The position numbers were made by a program, and so were the translations under genes. Shown here piece after piece: positions 48,649 through 57,528 of a DNA stretch of 64,000 nucleotides (position 1 is its first letter; each line of letters starts with the position of its first letter). Origin of the DNA: Spirochaetota bacterium (GTDB lineage Bacteria; Spirochaetota; Spirochaetia; Treponematales; UBA12059); contig JAKPPT010000142.1 of assembly GCA_029547205.1 (NCBI GenBank), positions 6,628 through 70,627 on the forward strand, given 5' to 3'. The notes under the pieces are model-generated. The model made no database searches. It saw only the letters and a list, made by a program, of their open reading frames with translations, and was not told the origin of the DNA.

Positions 48649-48705
48649 AATCCTCCTTTTTAAAAAACACATTTCATACTGATTATTGCAATAAAAAGGA
48701 GGATT
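48649..48705 (-). promoter_or_regulatory. Shine-Dalgarno-sequestering hairpin in the kbl leader
   Basis: On the mRNA strand, AATCCTCCTTTTTA (48705-48692), a 29-nt loop, and TAAAAAGGAGGATT (48662-48649) form perfect 14-bp arms. The 3' arm contains the kbl RBS and ends 2 nt before the ATG. Confidence 0.5.
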
Positions 48706-49474
48706 GGCAAGAGAATTTCCAGGATTCTACCAGCTCAATTATGAACATACAACCTTCGCTCAATTCGTTTTTGATTGCGTTTGAAGCGATGTCAATAATT
48801 TTGTTAATTTTCATAGCATTATCTGATATCACTTCCAAAAACTCTTGTGTTGACCAGATTTTAAAGTAACAGTCAGGTATTTTTTCCTCATGGTTTCCGG
48901 ACTTTAATATCATTTCAGTTCTACAAATGGAATTTACATAATCCTCCCAAACCCTACGCAAGAGAATTCTTTCACCTATTTTGGTTTGTATTCCAGTATC
49001 AATAAAATCGACAGGGAACTCCCCAACGTTTTCTTAGTGCCACGAACATTGTGAAAACGCAGATTTGGATTACTACCGGTTTGCTTTTTATGGAAAGTAT
49101 TGAACATATAGTGCAGTAGGGGAATATATATACAGCGTATTGTGGGGCTAGCAGTATGCACAAGCTTCCTGACACTAAGCAATTTGTGCCAGTTTGTCCG
49201 TAAACAAAGTCACCGCTACATGCTTATGGTTAGTAGACGACCAATATACACCACTTGTTTCGGTAAACTCAGTAGAAGCGTAGATATCTCCACTTAACGA
49301 AACGGTTCTACTTAAATAAAAGCCGACTTTTGCATCGAGCAAATTATCAAATCGTTCACTTAAAGCTTTATTAGGTCAAAGACTTAACTGCGCAATTCCA
49401 CCAGAGATTGGCTTCGCAGGTCCAGTACCATACTATGCCTTCATGGCATCATAAATTCCTTCTAGTTCTGGCAT
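48683..49474 (-). pseudogene. Possible decayed gene remnant(s) in an ORF-poor region
   Basis: One minus-strand frame reads protein-like stretches (DAKVGFYLSRTVSLSGDIYASTEFTETSGVYWSSTNHKHVAVTLFT, then the 92-aa track ORF 48683..48961). About 8 mixed stop codons interrupt it. The stop density is only modestly below random expectation, so the call is weak. Confidence 0.25.
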
Positions 49475-49561
49475 ATATACAAGGAATCAACTTGCCACCA
49501 CAAGATTTTATTTATAGGTATTCTGATGCACTATTATAAATTCTTACTCAGTTTTATAAGC

Positions 49562-50074
49562 TTACCTGATACCATTAAAAGCACCTTGGCCTTCACGAAG
49601 TTTTTCCCAAGATACAATTGGTTTTTCTGCCTCAGCAACTGCACATAATGTGGCTTTATCGAGAACATGACCTGAAATTGCCTGTGCAAGTTTATGCCAT
49701 GTCAAAAAATCCTCTTTAAACAGACAATCGAGAGCAAAAATCATAAATTGATAATAATGCTTTCCTGCTGGCGGACAGGGGCCACCCCATCCGATCTCCA
49801 AAAAACTATTCAAGCCCTGACGCATACCGTTCTCAAGCTGTGGATAGTGCTCAACACCTTCAGGCAGCAGGGTTTCATTACCTGGAATATTCCATAAAAG
49901 CCAGTGAGTCCATGGCATTGCTGGGTCGGTGATATCGAGACAAACCAGTGCATAGCTTGTCACACCTTTAGGGCAATCAGTCCAGATCAATGGGGGTGAT
50001 TTATTTTCTGCATCATACCAGCAGTAAAATGGCAACTCTGCACCATCGGCAAATTGGGGACTTGAAAGTATCAT
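49562..50074 (-). CDS. YbhB/YbcL-family (PEBP, Raf-kinase-inhibitor-like) protein
   Basis: SSPQFADGAELPFYC, SYALVCLDITDP, WTHWLLWNIPG, GWGGPCPPAGKHYYQFMIFALD. Confidence 0.85.
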   Translation of the reverse strand: MILSSPQFADGAELPFYCWYDAENKSPPLIWTDCPKGVTSYALVCLDITDPAMPWTHWLLWNIPGNETLLPEGVEHYPQLENGMRQGLNSFLEIGWGGPCPPAGKHYYQFMIFALDCLFKEDFLTWHKLAQAISGHVLDKATLCAVAEAEKPIVSWEKLREGQGAFNGIR

Positions 50075-50203
50075 ACCATCCCTCCACTTTATCTATATAA
50101 TTGCACTTGCAAGCAGCACAGCTTCAAGCATCAATACCGTTATACCGCACTAAGTATGACAGATATTTTCTTTTTGTCAAGTGTAAATATAGCAAAAATC
50201 CTC

Positions 50204-51070
50204 TTATGTAAATGAATACGTGTGCCACTGTTCTGCAAAACCCCTAAAACCATGCATCGTTGCACGTTCTGGCTGTGTCAACGCCATATCGCCATAGTGC
50301 ATGAGATACATTTTTGCTTTTATTGCTTCCGGTAATGTTGCTAACTCATCGAGTGATGCATGCACTCCGCCGGTAAAAAGCTGACAATCATGAAAAATCG
50401 CTTCTAAATCATAGTTATTCGTTAAAAAACTAATTAAATCGGGATCAAACCTTGTATCGCTCGTATAAGCTACTTTTTCATTAATAACAACTCCATAACT
50501 CAGCGCAGATGTTTTCCATGATGCAGCATTGTCTGGAATGTGTTTTGTCCTAAAAATATCAAAGTGCAGCGACCCTAAGGTAAACCTCATAAGATCACGA
50601 TCTGCGCCTGGAACAGCAATCGGTTCACAGCATTCCCAGAGGTCGTTAAGTTCTAACACTTTCCCATCATGTCGTTCATTATAGGCAGCACCGCCTTTAA
50701 GGGATTGATTCCAGAGCATGTGTCCGTATTCTTTGCTCGCAATGAGATGAGGCTTTTTCTTTGCCACATAACGATTTACTAACATTACTTCTTCAAGCCC
50801 ACCAATATGATCTGCATGAGAATGTGTTATAAGATAGTATTCGATATCGGTAACCGATAATCCCAGCAGAGCCAATGCTTCTGGCGTTCTGCTTCCGCAA
50901 TCGATAAGCGTATGATTTTCGCTACAGACGACAAGTGCATTGTTTTGAAAAAATTTTTTTGAAAAAGCACTACCTGAACCGATAAAGGTAATAGAGAGTT
51001 CTCCATTATTAGTAAGTTCGAGTGCTCCCATATCACCAACGGGTCCTAAATTGTGATGTTGCGTACTCAT
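50204..51070 (-). CDS. MBL-fold metallo-hydrolase
   Basis: HxHxDH motif ITHSHADHIGGL and the overall beta-lactamase-fold layout. Confidence 0.8.
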   Translation of the reverse strand: MSTQHHNLGPVGDMGALELTNNGELSITFIGSGSAFSKKFFQNNALVVCSENHTLIDCGSRTPEALALLGLSVTDIEYYLITHSHADHIGGLEEVMLVNRYVAKKKPHLIASKEYGHMLWNQSLKGGAAYNERHDGKVLELNDLWECCEPIAVPGADRDLMRFTLGSLHFDIFRTKHIPDNAASWKTSALSYGVVINEKVAYTSDTRFDPDLISFLTNNYDLEAIFHDCQLFTGGVHASLDELATLPEAIKAKMYLMHYGDMALTQPERATMHGFRGFAEQWHTYSFT

Positions 51071-51124
51071 GGTATCTCAACTATACTGCATACCTCTTGT
51101 TTTTTCCATACAATAAAATCATAT

Positions 51125-51154
51125 TTGACAGGAAACTAGTAAGAATGGTATTAT
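51125..51154 (+). promoter_or_regulatory. Putative sigma70-type promoter of the M23-bactofilin cluster
   Basis: TTGACA (51125-51130), 18-nt spacer, TATTAT (51149-51154). AAGGAGAAGG lies just upstream of TTG 51209. Confidence 0.35.
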
Positions 51155-51208
51155 ATCAGCTACATCGAAGAGAGAGTTTAGTATAAACGATATAATAAGG
51201 AGAAGGTT

Positions 51209-52237
51209 TTGTCGGCACTCCATTCATATAAAAAAATAGAGAAAAGTTTTGCAAAAAAAGTTCATGCACTGCTTGGCAAGGCAAATATATCAATGACAAA
51301 GTGGATGTCGAGTGTCATCAAACGTTCGAAACGCTCTATTTCCATTCTGGTCATTCCACATTCAGAGAAAAAAACAGTCAGCTTTAAATTGAGCATGTTT
51401 GGTTTTTCTATTCTCCTTGCTGGTTTTGCTGCACTCATGATTTTTGTTGGATATTCACTTGCTCATTATGGCACACTCAATGCTGAACTTGCTGCTAAAG
51501 CTAATTCACTTCAGACAACACAATCGACACTTGATTCGATGCGAGATAGTGTAACGAGCCTTATCAAGACATCAAAGCAATTTCAAGTTACCATGGATGC
51601 AATCTTTAATCAGATTGGTGTTAATACTAATACATCCGGAACTGGTACTGCACAAGGTGATTTAGCTTCTATCATTAGCAATTCCAAAACCGCGGGTTCC
51701 AGTCTTCCTGAATTGAACTACGTTCAAAACCTTAACAGTTATCTTGAACAATCTATCGATCCGCTTACCGATCTCAGTAATCTCATCAAAGCACAGGGCA
51801 CAATTTTAAGTGAATTCCCTAGTGCATGGCCTGTAAAAGGCGGTATCGGTCATATATCCATGTACTATGGACAAAATCAGCATCCAATCTTTGGCGGCTG
51901 GTATTTGCACACCGGTATTGATATTTCAACATTCAGAAGTGGTGATCCTGTTATTGCTACTGCTAACGGAAAAGTTATTTATGTGGGATATGATGTTGGC
52001 TATGGAAATTATATCATCATCGAACATAAATATGGTTTTCTCACTCGATATGCACACCTAAAAGCTTTTGCAGCACAAAAGGGACAGGAAGTTCAACAGG
52101 GCGATATTATCGGCTATATTGGTAATACCGGTATTTCAACAGGTCCTCACCTTCACTATGAAATCTATCTCGGTACTTCCCGAATTGATCCGCTGCGCTT
52201 CATTACAAGCCGGGTAAGAACAGTCACTACTAAATAA
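51209..52237 (+). CDS. M23-family (LytM) metallopeptidase with an N-terminal TM and coiled coil
   Basis: HTGIDIS, TRYAHL, GNTGISTGPHLHYEI. Confidence 0.85.
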   Translation: MSALHSYKKIEKSFAKKVHALLGKANISMTKWMSSVIKRSKRSISILVIPHSEKKTVSFKLSMFGFSILLAGFAALMIFVGYSLAHYGTLNAELAAKANSLQTTQSTLDSMRDSVTSLIKTSKQFQVTMDAIFNQIGVNTNTSGTGTAQGDLASIISNSKTAGSSLPELNYVQNLNSYLEQSIDPLTDLSNLIKAQGTILSEFPSAWPVKGGIGHISMYYGQNQHPIFGGWYLHTGIDISTFRSGDPVIATANGKVIYVGYDVGYGNYIIIEHKYGFLTRYAHLKAFAAQKGQEVQQGDIIGYIGNTGISTGPHLHYEIYLGTSRIDPLRFITSRVRTVTTK

Positions 52238-52248
52238 TACGGTATATC

Positions 52249-52677
52249 ATGCAGTCAAAACAGCAAGAAAGCGAAACCATAATAGGCCAAACTACGAGAC
52301 TCGAAGGTACGATTATCCAGAAAGGTCTTGTACGAATTGATGGCGATTTTCAGGGAACAATTCAGTCTGATGGAGCTGTGGTTATCAGCACATCGAGCCG
52401 CTGTAGAGCACGAATCACTGCTCGAAGTGCAATCATTGCAGGAGTACTCAAGGGCGATATCTTTGTTTCTGAGCATCTCACTATTCTTCAAGGGGCAAAG
52501 GTAATTGGTAATATTTTTACACCAATTCTTGAAACCGATGGAGAAATTAGCATTCATGGAGATATCACGATTACCTGTAATCCCGAAACGGCTCTCAAAG
52601 AAATGCAGCAATTTATAGAAAAACATCCAAACAAAATGTATTTTTCCAATTCATTGCCACAATTTCCCGGTCTATGA
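52249..52677 (+). CDS. Bactofilin (polymer-forming cytoskeletal protein)
   Basis: IIGQTTRLEGTIIQKGLVRIDGDFQGTIQSDGAVVISTSSRCRARITARSAIIAGVLKGDIF is the typical beta-helical bactofilin repeat pattern. Confidence 0.85.
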   Translation: MQSKQQESETIIGQTTRLEGTIIQKGLVRIDGDFQGTIQSDGAVVISTSSRCRARITARSAIIAGVLKGDIFVSEHLTILQGAKVIGNIFTPILETDGEISIHGDITITCNPETALKEMQQFIEKHPNKMYFSNSLPQFPGL

Positions 52678-53168
52678 GCAAAATTAATCCTGCAGATTTT
52701 TCAAACAATGCATTTCTGCATACGCAAGCTGCCCGTGAAAAAAAACAGGATAAAACAAAACAGGTATTTCGAAAACTTTTTACAACTATACATGAGAAAT
52801 CTGAAACCACAGAAACAGCCCCTACAATTCTTTTACCTGATGATCAGGAAACTGCTATCGAAGAACTTTTAGATCTTGTTCATAACAGTGGTGATGCGTT
52901 AAGAAAAAATATCAGTACAACAACAATCCAGGCATATAAAGCAGCTGTAAAACGCTTTACAAGCTACATTATAAATACTGTTTATGCTATTGAAGAAAAA
53001 AATAGCAGCAAGAATCTGTTAAAACGAAAAAAGTATACACAAATTGCTATTATTGATGAAAAGCTTGAACATTTCGCAGCAGAAATCTTATCGAGCCAGC
53101 GAGATAAACTCGATATTCTTGCACGTCTTGATGAAATCTATGGATTACTGATAGATTTATTGTATTAG
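52674..53168 (+). CDS. YaaR-like DUF327 protein
   Basis: 164 aa, helical, with a C-terminal LDILARLDEIYGLLIDLLY motif. Positioned directly upstream of the PSP1/RicT gene, as in the Bacillus yaaR...yaaT locus. Confidence 0.6.
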   Translation: MSKINPADFSNNAFLHTQAAREKKQDKTKQVFRKLFTTIHEKSETTETAPTILLPDDQETAIEELLDLVHNSGDALRKNISTTTIQAYKAAVKRFTSYIINTVYAIEEKNSSKNLLKRKKYTQIAIIDEKLEHFAAEILSSQRDKLDILARLDEIYGLLIDLLY

Positions 53169-53185
53169 CACAGAGGAGAATACGG

Positions 53186-54109
53186 ATGCATCCGCATTAT
53201 ATAAACGACGACGATTTACACATTGAAGATGAAGTTCCAGTTATACAGGATAACGATTTCATTGATCGATCTAATATCTCAGGAACATTATACAGAATAA
53301 AAGTAGATGCAAACAATGAGACTTATTTCATTGCAACTCAGGAACAACTGGCAAGCGGCAGTTTTGTCATAGCGCAAACAAAATACGGAAAAGATATCTG
53401 CAAAGTTCTCGGAGCGGTACAGAATCTTTCGAAAGTTTTAAGAACAGAACTCATGACATTTGAACGTAAAGCTACCGACGCTGATCTTGAAAAACGCAAA
53501 CATGATATAGAAAAAGAAAAACAGGCTTTTGAGATTTGCAAACAAAAAATACAGATACATGGCCTTGCTATGGACCTTATTGGGGCTCACTATCTATTTG
53601 ATGAACCCAAAATTATTTTCTTCTTTTCTGCAGAAACCCGTATCGATTTTAGAGAGCTTGTTAAAGACTTAGTAGCTATATTAAAAGTGAGAATTGAATT
53701 GCGTCAAATAGGTGTACGCGATAAAGCACGCATGATTGGTGGATGTGGTATTTGCGGAAGAATTCTTTGCTGTCATGCAATAACCGATAAACTGATGCCT
53801 GTTTCTATTAAAATGGCTAAAGATCAAAATCTCTCGCTTAATTCTCTTAAAATCTCAGGACCATGTGGCCGTTTACTGTGCTGTTTATCATATGAATTTG
53901 ATTATTATTCCGAAGTAAGAAAATCATTGCCACAAGAAGGCACTCGGGTAAACTTTGAAAATCAAGTATTTAAAGTAGTGGAAATTAACATTCCTGCTTT
54001 AAAAATTCATCTTTCCGGTGAAGAGGGGCAGCATATGTGGATTGATGCAAACGCTCTCTATGAAAACGAAAACGGATGGAATGTACGAACAGAGTCAATA
54101 AAAACCTAA
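53186..54109 (+). CDS. ricT: PSP1-domain protein RicT/YaaT
   Basis: FFFSAETRIDFRELVKDLVAILKVRIELRQIGVRD, and cysteine clusters GGCGICGRILCCH and GPCGRLLCCLSYE. Confidence 0.85.
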   Translation: MHPHYINDDDLHIEDEVPVIQDNDFIDRSNISGTLYRIKVDANNETYFIATQEQLASGSFVIAQTKYGKDICKVLGAVQNLSKVLRTELMTFERKATDADLEKRKHDIEKEKQAFEICKQKIQIHGLAMDLIGAHYLFDEPKIIFFFSAETRIDFRELVKDLVAILKVRIELRQIGVRDKARMIGGCGICGRILCCHAITDKLMPVSIKMAKDQNLSLNSLKISGPCGRLLCCLSYEFDYYSEVRKSLPQEGTRVNFENQVFKVVEINIPALKIHLSGEEGQHMWIDANALYENENGWNVRTESIKT

Positions 54110-54115
54110 CCTAAT

Positions 54116-57100
54116 TTAATCACATGCTGATTTTGTTAAATATAACTTACTTATCGTACTGAGCATAATCGTAATATCATCAATTATTTCGATTACGGCA
54201 GTCTCAAGTGCAAGTCCAAAATGTAAACTTTCTGCCGAGTTTTGTAAGACTTCAGCTGAATTATTGATTGCATCAACTGCTGCGTTTGCTAAATCGGCTC
54301 TTGTAAATAAATCAGTATTTATTTTTTCGAGATTTTCAGTATACACATGTACAGAATCCAGAACAGGCTTTAATCCTTTGAGGTTTAATGTATGATCCTT
54401 AATATCATGGATAGCTGCTTCGATTTCATCATGTGCAGAAAACAATTCGTTAAGTTCCGTTTTCATTGATTCATCTAATCCCTGCAATTCTTTAATAATA
54501 ATTGCTATTTCCTGTGCATTCTTTTCAACAAGCATACTGATATCCTGCGAAACTTTTTTTAATTCCTGAGATGAATCATCAGATTTATTGGCAATAATCG
54601 ACGCATTGACAGCAACACTTTTTATTGTTGCATTTGCTTCTTCAATAAGTTTTACAATATTATATACCCCTTTGATATCCTTTTTTATGTTCTGTACGCT
54701 TTGTATCATACTAACAAGTTCCTGTAAAAAACCTTCAAGGCTTTTCTGAATAAACTGTGCGTTTGATGAAATTGCTTCGGTATTATCAGTCATAATATGA
54801 ATAGCTTCTATTGTTTTATTATTTGCGCTTTTTAATTTTTCCACATTATCCGTAAAATTAATTAAAACAAACTCTGCTTTTGATGTTACTTTCTTCTGGA
54901 ACGAAATTTGCTTTAAAATATCGGAAGCAATTAACTCCAAACTTTTCCCAACACTTTTTATTTTTTCATTTACAGCTAGAACTTCATTAATTTTGAAAAT
55001 AAAATCGTTTATCACATCCTTCTTATTGCACTGTAATGCTTTATTTCTTAAAAATTCATCAAAGTAAACCACATCAGGAACAAAAGCTTCTTCAGGTGTT
55101 AAAAATACTTCTCGTAAATAATTTGGTATTGCAGCAAGCACCCTTCGGAAGAATAATGGCACCATAAAAACATCGCCAGTAAATTGTTCAAGCAAGTCTT
55201 CAAAATACAATCTGCGTTTATCTGCATCCTTAATGCCAATTGAATCCTGCAGTTTTTGATAGAGCATCTCATTTGTATAGCTAAAATAATTATCTCCGCC
55301 ATGAGGATTGATAAATGGTTCCAATGCAGCATAAAAATCTAACTCCGGCATAAAACGTAAAAAAACCAGATCGTATTTCTTGTATACATCAGGACGCGCA
55401 TCATCTGCAGACAGTTTAATTATTTCTATAGGAACGTTATACCCTGCAAACAGATCTTTTAAACGATTCAAAAGCTCGCTTGCACCATAATTTATTGAAG
55501 AATCCACATAAGCCAGTGTTAACGGTTCCTTAAAATATCCTTCCTCACCATACTTCTTAAAAACTTGTTTTGCAAATTCTGGATTATATGGAAGCGGATC
55601 GTTCTTAAGATTTAGAATTGCATCAGATAATGGTGTTGTTGCTATGACTACATCTTTCCCAAAGATATCTTCAATTATGCCATCCTTATCGATTGCCTGA
55701 GCAAATGCCCTTCGTACATCCTTAAATTGAGTTAACGCATTTTCATGCTGAAAGTTTACCACAATTCCATAACAATATCGTGATGTATAATGCCGTATTT
55801 CTCCCCTGAACCCTTTATCTCTTAAATCCTCTTCCAGTGCAGCCTGTAGACCATATGCAAAATCAATTTTACCTGAAATTAAATCGTCTACAATACTTTC
55901 TGAAGTTCTATGTATTTCAATTGCATCAACAAGTGCTTGACCATTTATAAAATAAGGATTTGCTGCAAGTACATCTACATCCCCAGTCTTACCCGGTACA
56001 GAACAAAAAGGACCAGATGAAACAATCTGATCTCTTGGAAATTTTTTTCCATAATACAGATCGTTTCGCTTGAGAATTGAACAGAAACCATTCGTTAACA
56101 GTGAGAGAAAAAAGTTGCATGGCCTTTTAAGTATAAAATCAAATGCATGATCATCTATGATTCTCAATCCAGCAAGGTGCTCATCTTTACCCGAATAAAA
56201 ATCTTCAAAACCTACAAGCATATTCAACATATTTGAATATGGTGAATGCAAAACTGGATTTATCAGTCTTTCAAAGGTATATTGTATATCATCCGTTGTA
56301 ATAGGAGAGCCATCAAAAAATTTTGCATCCTGTTTTATAAAAAAATGCCAGGTAACACCATCAGGATCCAGACTCCACGAATCCGCTAGATACGGTACTA
56401 TTTTTCTGTCTGTTGAATATCTAACTAAACGAACACAGGTAAAATGAGTGTAGTGAAATTCTCTTACAAGCTGCGCTAATGCAGGATCATACTCTATGAT
56501 TGGCAGCTCATACATACGTAATACTTTATGTGTTGTATCAACATTTTTATATGCTTTAATCAATGATTCTGCCATGTTTTTTGATTGTGGTAAATATTCC
56601 AATAGATTAGAAATATAATAATTTTGCTTACTATTTGTGTTTGTGCAATCATGGATCTTTTGATTGAGCATCATAATCTGTTTATCAAGTTCTGTTAATA
56701 TTTCAAGAAAAACAGCCAGTGTTTCTTCAAGTTTAGTTTTATCCTGAACCATACCTGCGGTTTCACGCATTTGTTCACGAATCGTTGTTTTTATTGCATC
56801 AAGCGTATTAAACGCCTTATCGACATCATCGAGTGTGTGCTGTGCAATTTCAATATTCTGCTGGAGATCACTCAGCATGGTGCTGGTATAGTCCCGAATA
56901 CGCTGAGCATCTTCGATAACGTTGGTGACCTTTTCTGCCATAGTAGCAGAAAGTCTTGATACTTCAGAAGCTATTACCTTAAATCCCCTAACTTTCTCTC
57001 CAGCTTTACTTGCAGTAACAGATGCATTTATCGCAATTAATTTGTTTTCTACAGCAAACTCTGCAATAACTGTTATACGTTTCGTTATTGATTCTGTGAT

Positions 57101-57490
57101 TTCATATACATTTTTCATGCGGTTACTACATTCACGAATTGCAGCCATTGCACCGCGTGTGTTTGCAATTGAAATATTAAAGCCTTCCCTGCTTGTTTCA
57201 ATAATTTTACTAACAGCTTCCATATTTTTAATGATACGCCTAATATGATCAGAGAAACTCGTCAAGTATGGCTTTATGTTTTGTAACTTTGTTTGCGCAT
57301 CATGGGTTATATCAAGTTCTTCATTTATCCGTGAGGAAATAGATTGTAACTCATGGGCAAAATTTTTTTGAACAGCTATTACTCTTCCGATGCTTATTTC
57401 CAGTTTATTTATTGTACGTAAGGGATAATGAAATACACTTGTATTTAATGTATTTTTCCCTTCATTCGATAATTGAGCGTTATATTTCAT
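54116..57490 (-). CDS. Chimeric signalling protein: MCP signalling hairpin, then a family-5 solute-binding domain, then a second degenerate MCP-like hairpin. No signal peptide or TM seen.
   Basis: N-terminal ENKLIAINASVTASKAGEKVRGFKVIASEVSRLS is an MCP hairpin-tip motif. The middle LVRYSTDRKIVPYLADSWSLDPDGVTWHFFIKQDAKFFDGSPITTDDIQYTFERLINP is the SBP_bac_5 signature. C-terminal IKSVAVNASIIANKSDDSSQELKKVSQDISMLVEKNAQEI is a degenerate tip. Confidence 0.8.
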   Translation of the reverse strand: MKYNAQLSNEGKNTLNTSVFHYPLRTINKLEISIGRVIAVQKNFAHELQSISSRINEELDITHDAQTKLQNIKPYLTSFSDHIRRIIKNMEAVSKIIETSREGFNISIANTRGAMAAIRECSNRMKNVYEITESITKRITVIAEFAVENKLIAINASVTASKAGEKVRGFKVIASEVSRLSATMAEKVTNVIEDAQRIRDYTSTMLSDLQQNIEIAQHTLDDVDKAFNTLDAIKTTIREQMRETAGMVQDKTKLEETLAVFLEILTELDKQIMMLNQKIHDCTNTNSKQNYYISNLLEYLPQSKNMAESLIKAYKNVDTTHKVLRMYELPIIEYDPALAQLVREFHYTHFTCVRLVRYSTDRKIVPYLADSWSLDPDGVTWHFFIKQDAKFFDGSPITTDDIQYTFERLINPVLHSPYSNMLNMLVGFEDFYSGKDEHLAGLRIIDDHAFDFILKRPCNFFLSLLTNGFCSILKRNDLYYGKKFPRDQIVSSGPFCSVPGKTGDVDVLAANPYFINGQALVDAIEIHRTSESIVDDLISGKIDFAYGLQAALEEDLRDKGFRGEIRHYTSRYCYGIVVNFQHENALTQFKDVRRAFAQAIDKDGIIEDIFGKDVVIATTPLSDAILNLKNDPLPYNPEFAKQVFKKYGEEGYFKEPLTLAYVDSSINYGASELLNRLKDLFAGYNVPIEIIKLSADDARPDVYKKYDLVFLRFMPELDFYAALEPFINPHGGDNYFSYTNEMLYQKLQDSIGIKDADKRRLYFEDLLEQFTGDVFMVPLFFRRVLAAIPNYLREVFLTPEEAFVPDVVYFDEFLRNKALQCNKKDVINDFIFKINEVLAVNEKIKSVGKSLELIASDILKQISFQKKVTSKAEFVLINFTDNVEKLKSANNKTIEAIHIMTDNTEAISSNAQFIQKSLEGFLQELVSMIQSVQNIKKDIKGVYNIVKLIEEANATIKSVAVNASIIANKSDDSSQELKKVSQDISMLVEKNAQEIAIIIKELQGLDESMKTELNELFSAHDEIEAAIHDIKDHTLNLKGLKPVLDSVHVYTENLEKINTDLFTRADLANAAVDAINNSAEVLQNSAESLHFGLALETAVIEIIDDITIMLSTISKLYLTKSACD

Positions 57491-57528
57491 ATGATATATC
57501 TTATACTAATTTATAAAAATTGGCAAAT

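Noticed and set aside
48897-48905. AAAGTCCGG on the minus strand resembles the RNase P RNA CR-I core (GGAAAGTCCGGGC), and it lies in the ORF-poor region.
   Set aside because: The flanking sequence is AT-rich and lacks the other conserved RNase P elements and GC-rich helices. It is a 9-nt chance match.
48683-48961. The 92-aa track ORF directly upstream of kbl could be a genuine gene.
   Set aside because: It has a TTG start with no RBS, and its 3' end is the anti-SD arm of the kbl hairpin. It is in frame with stop-riddled upstream sequence. I treat it as a remnant or leader rather than a confident CDS, though I have not excluded a real gene.
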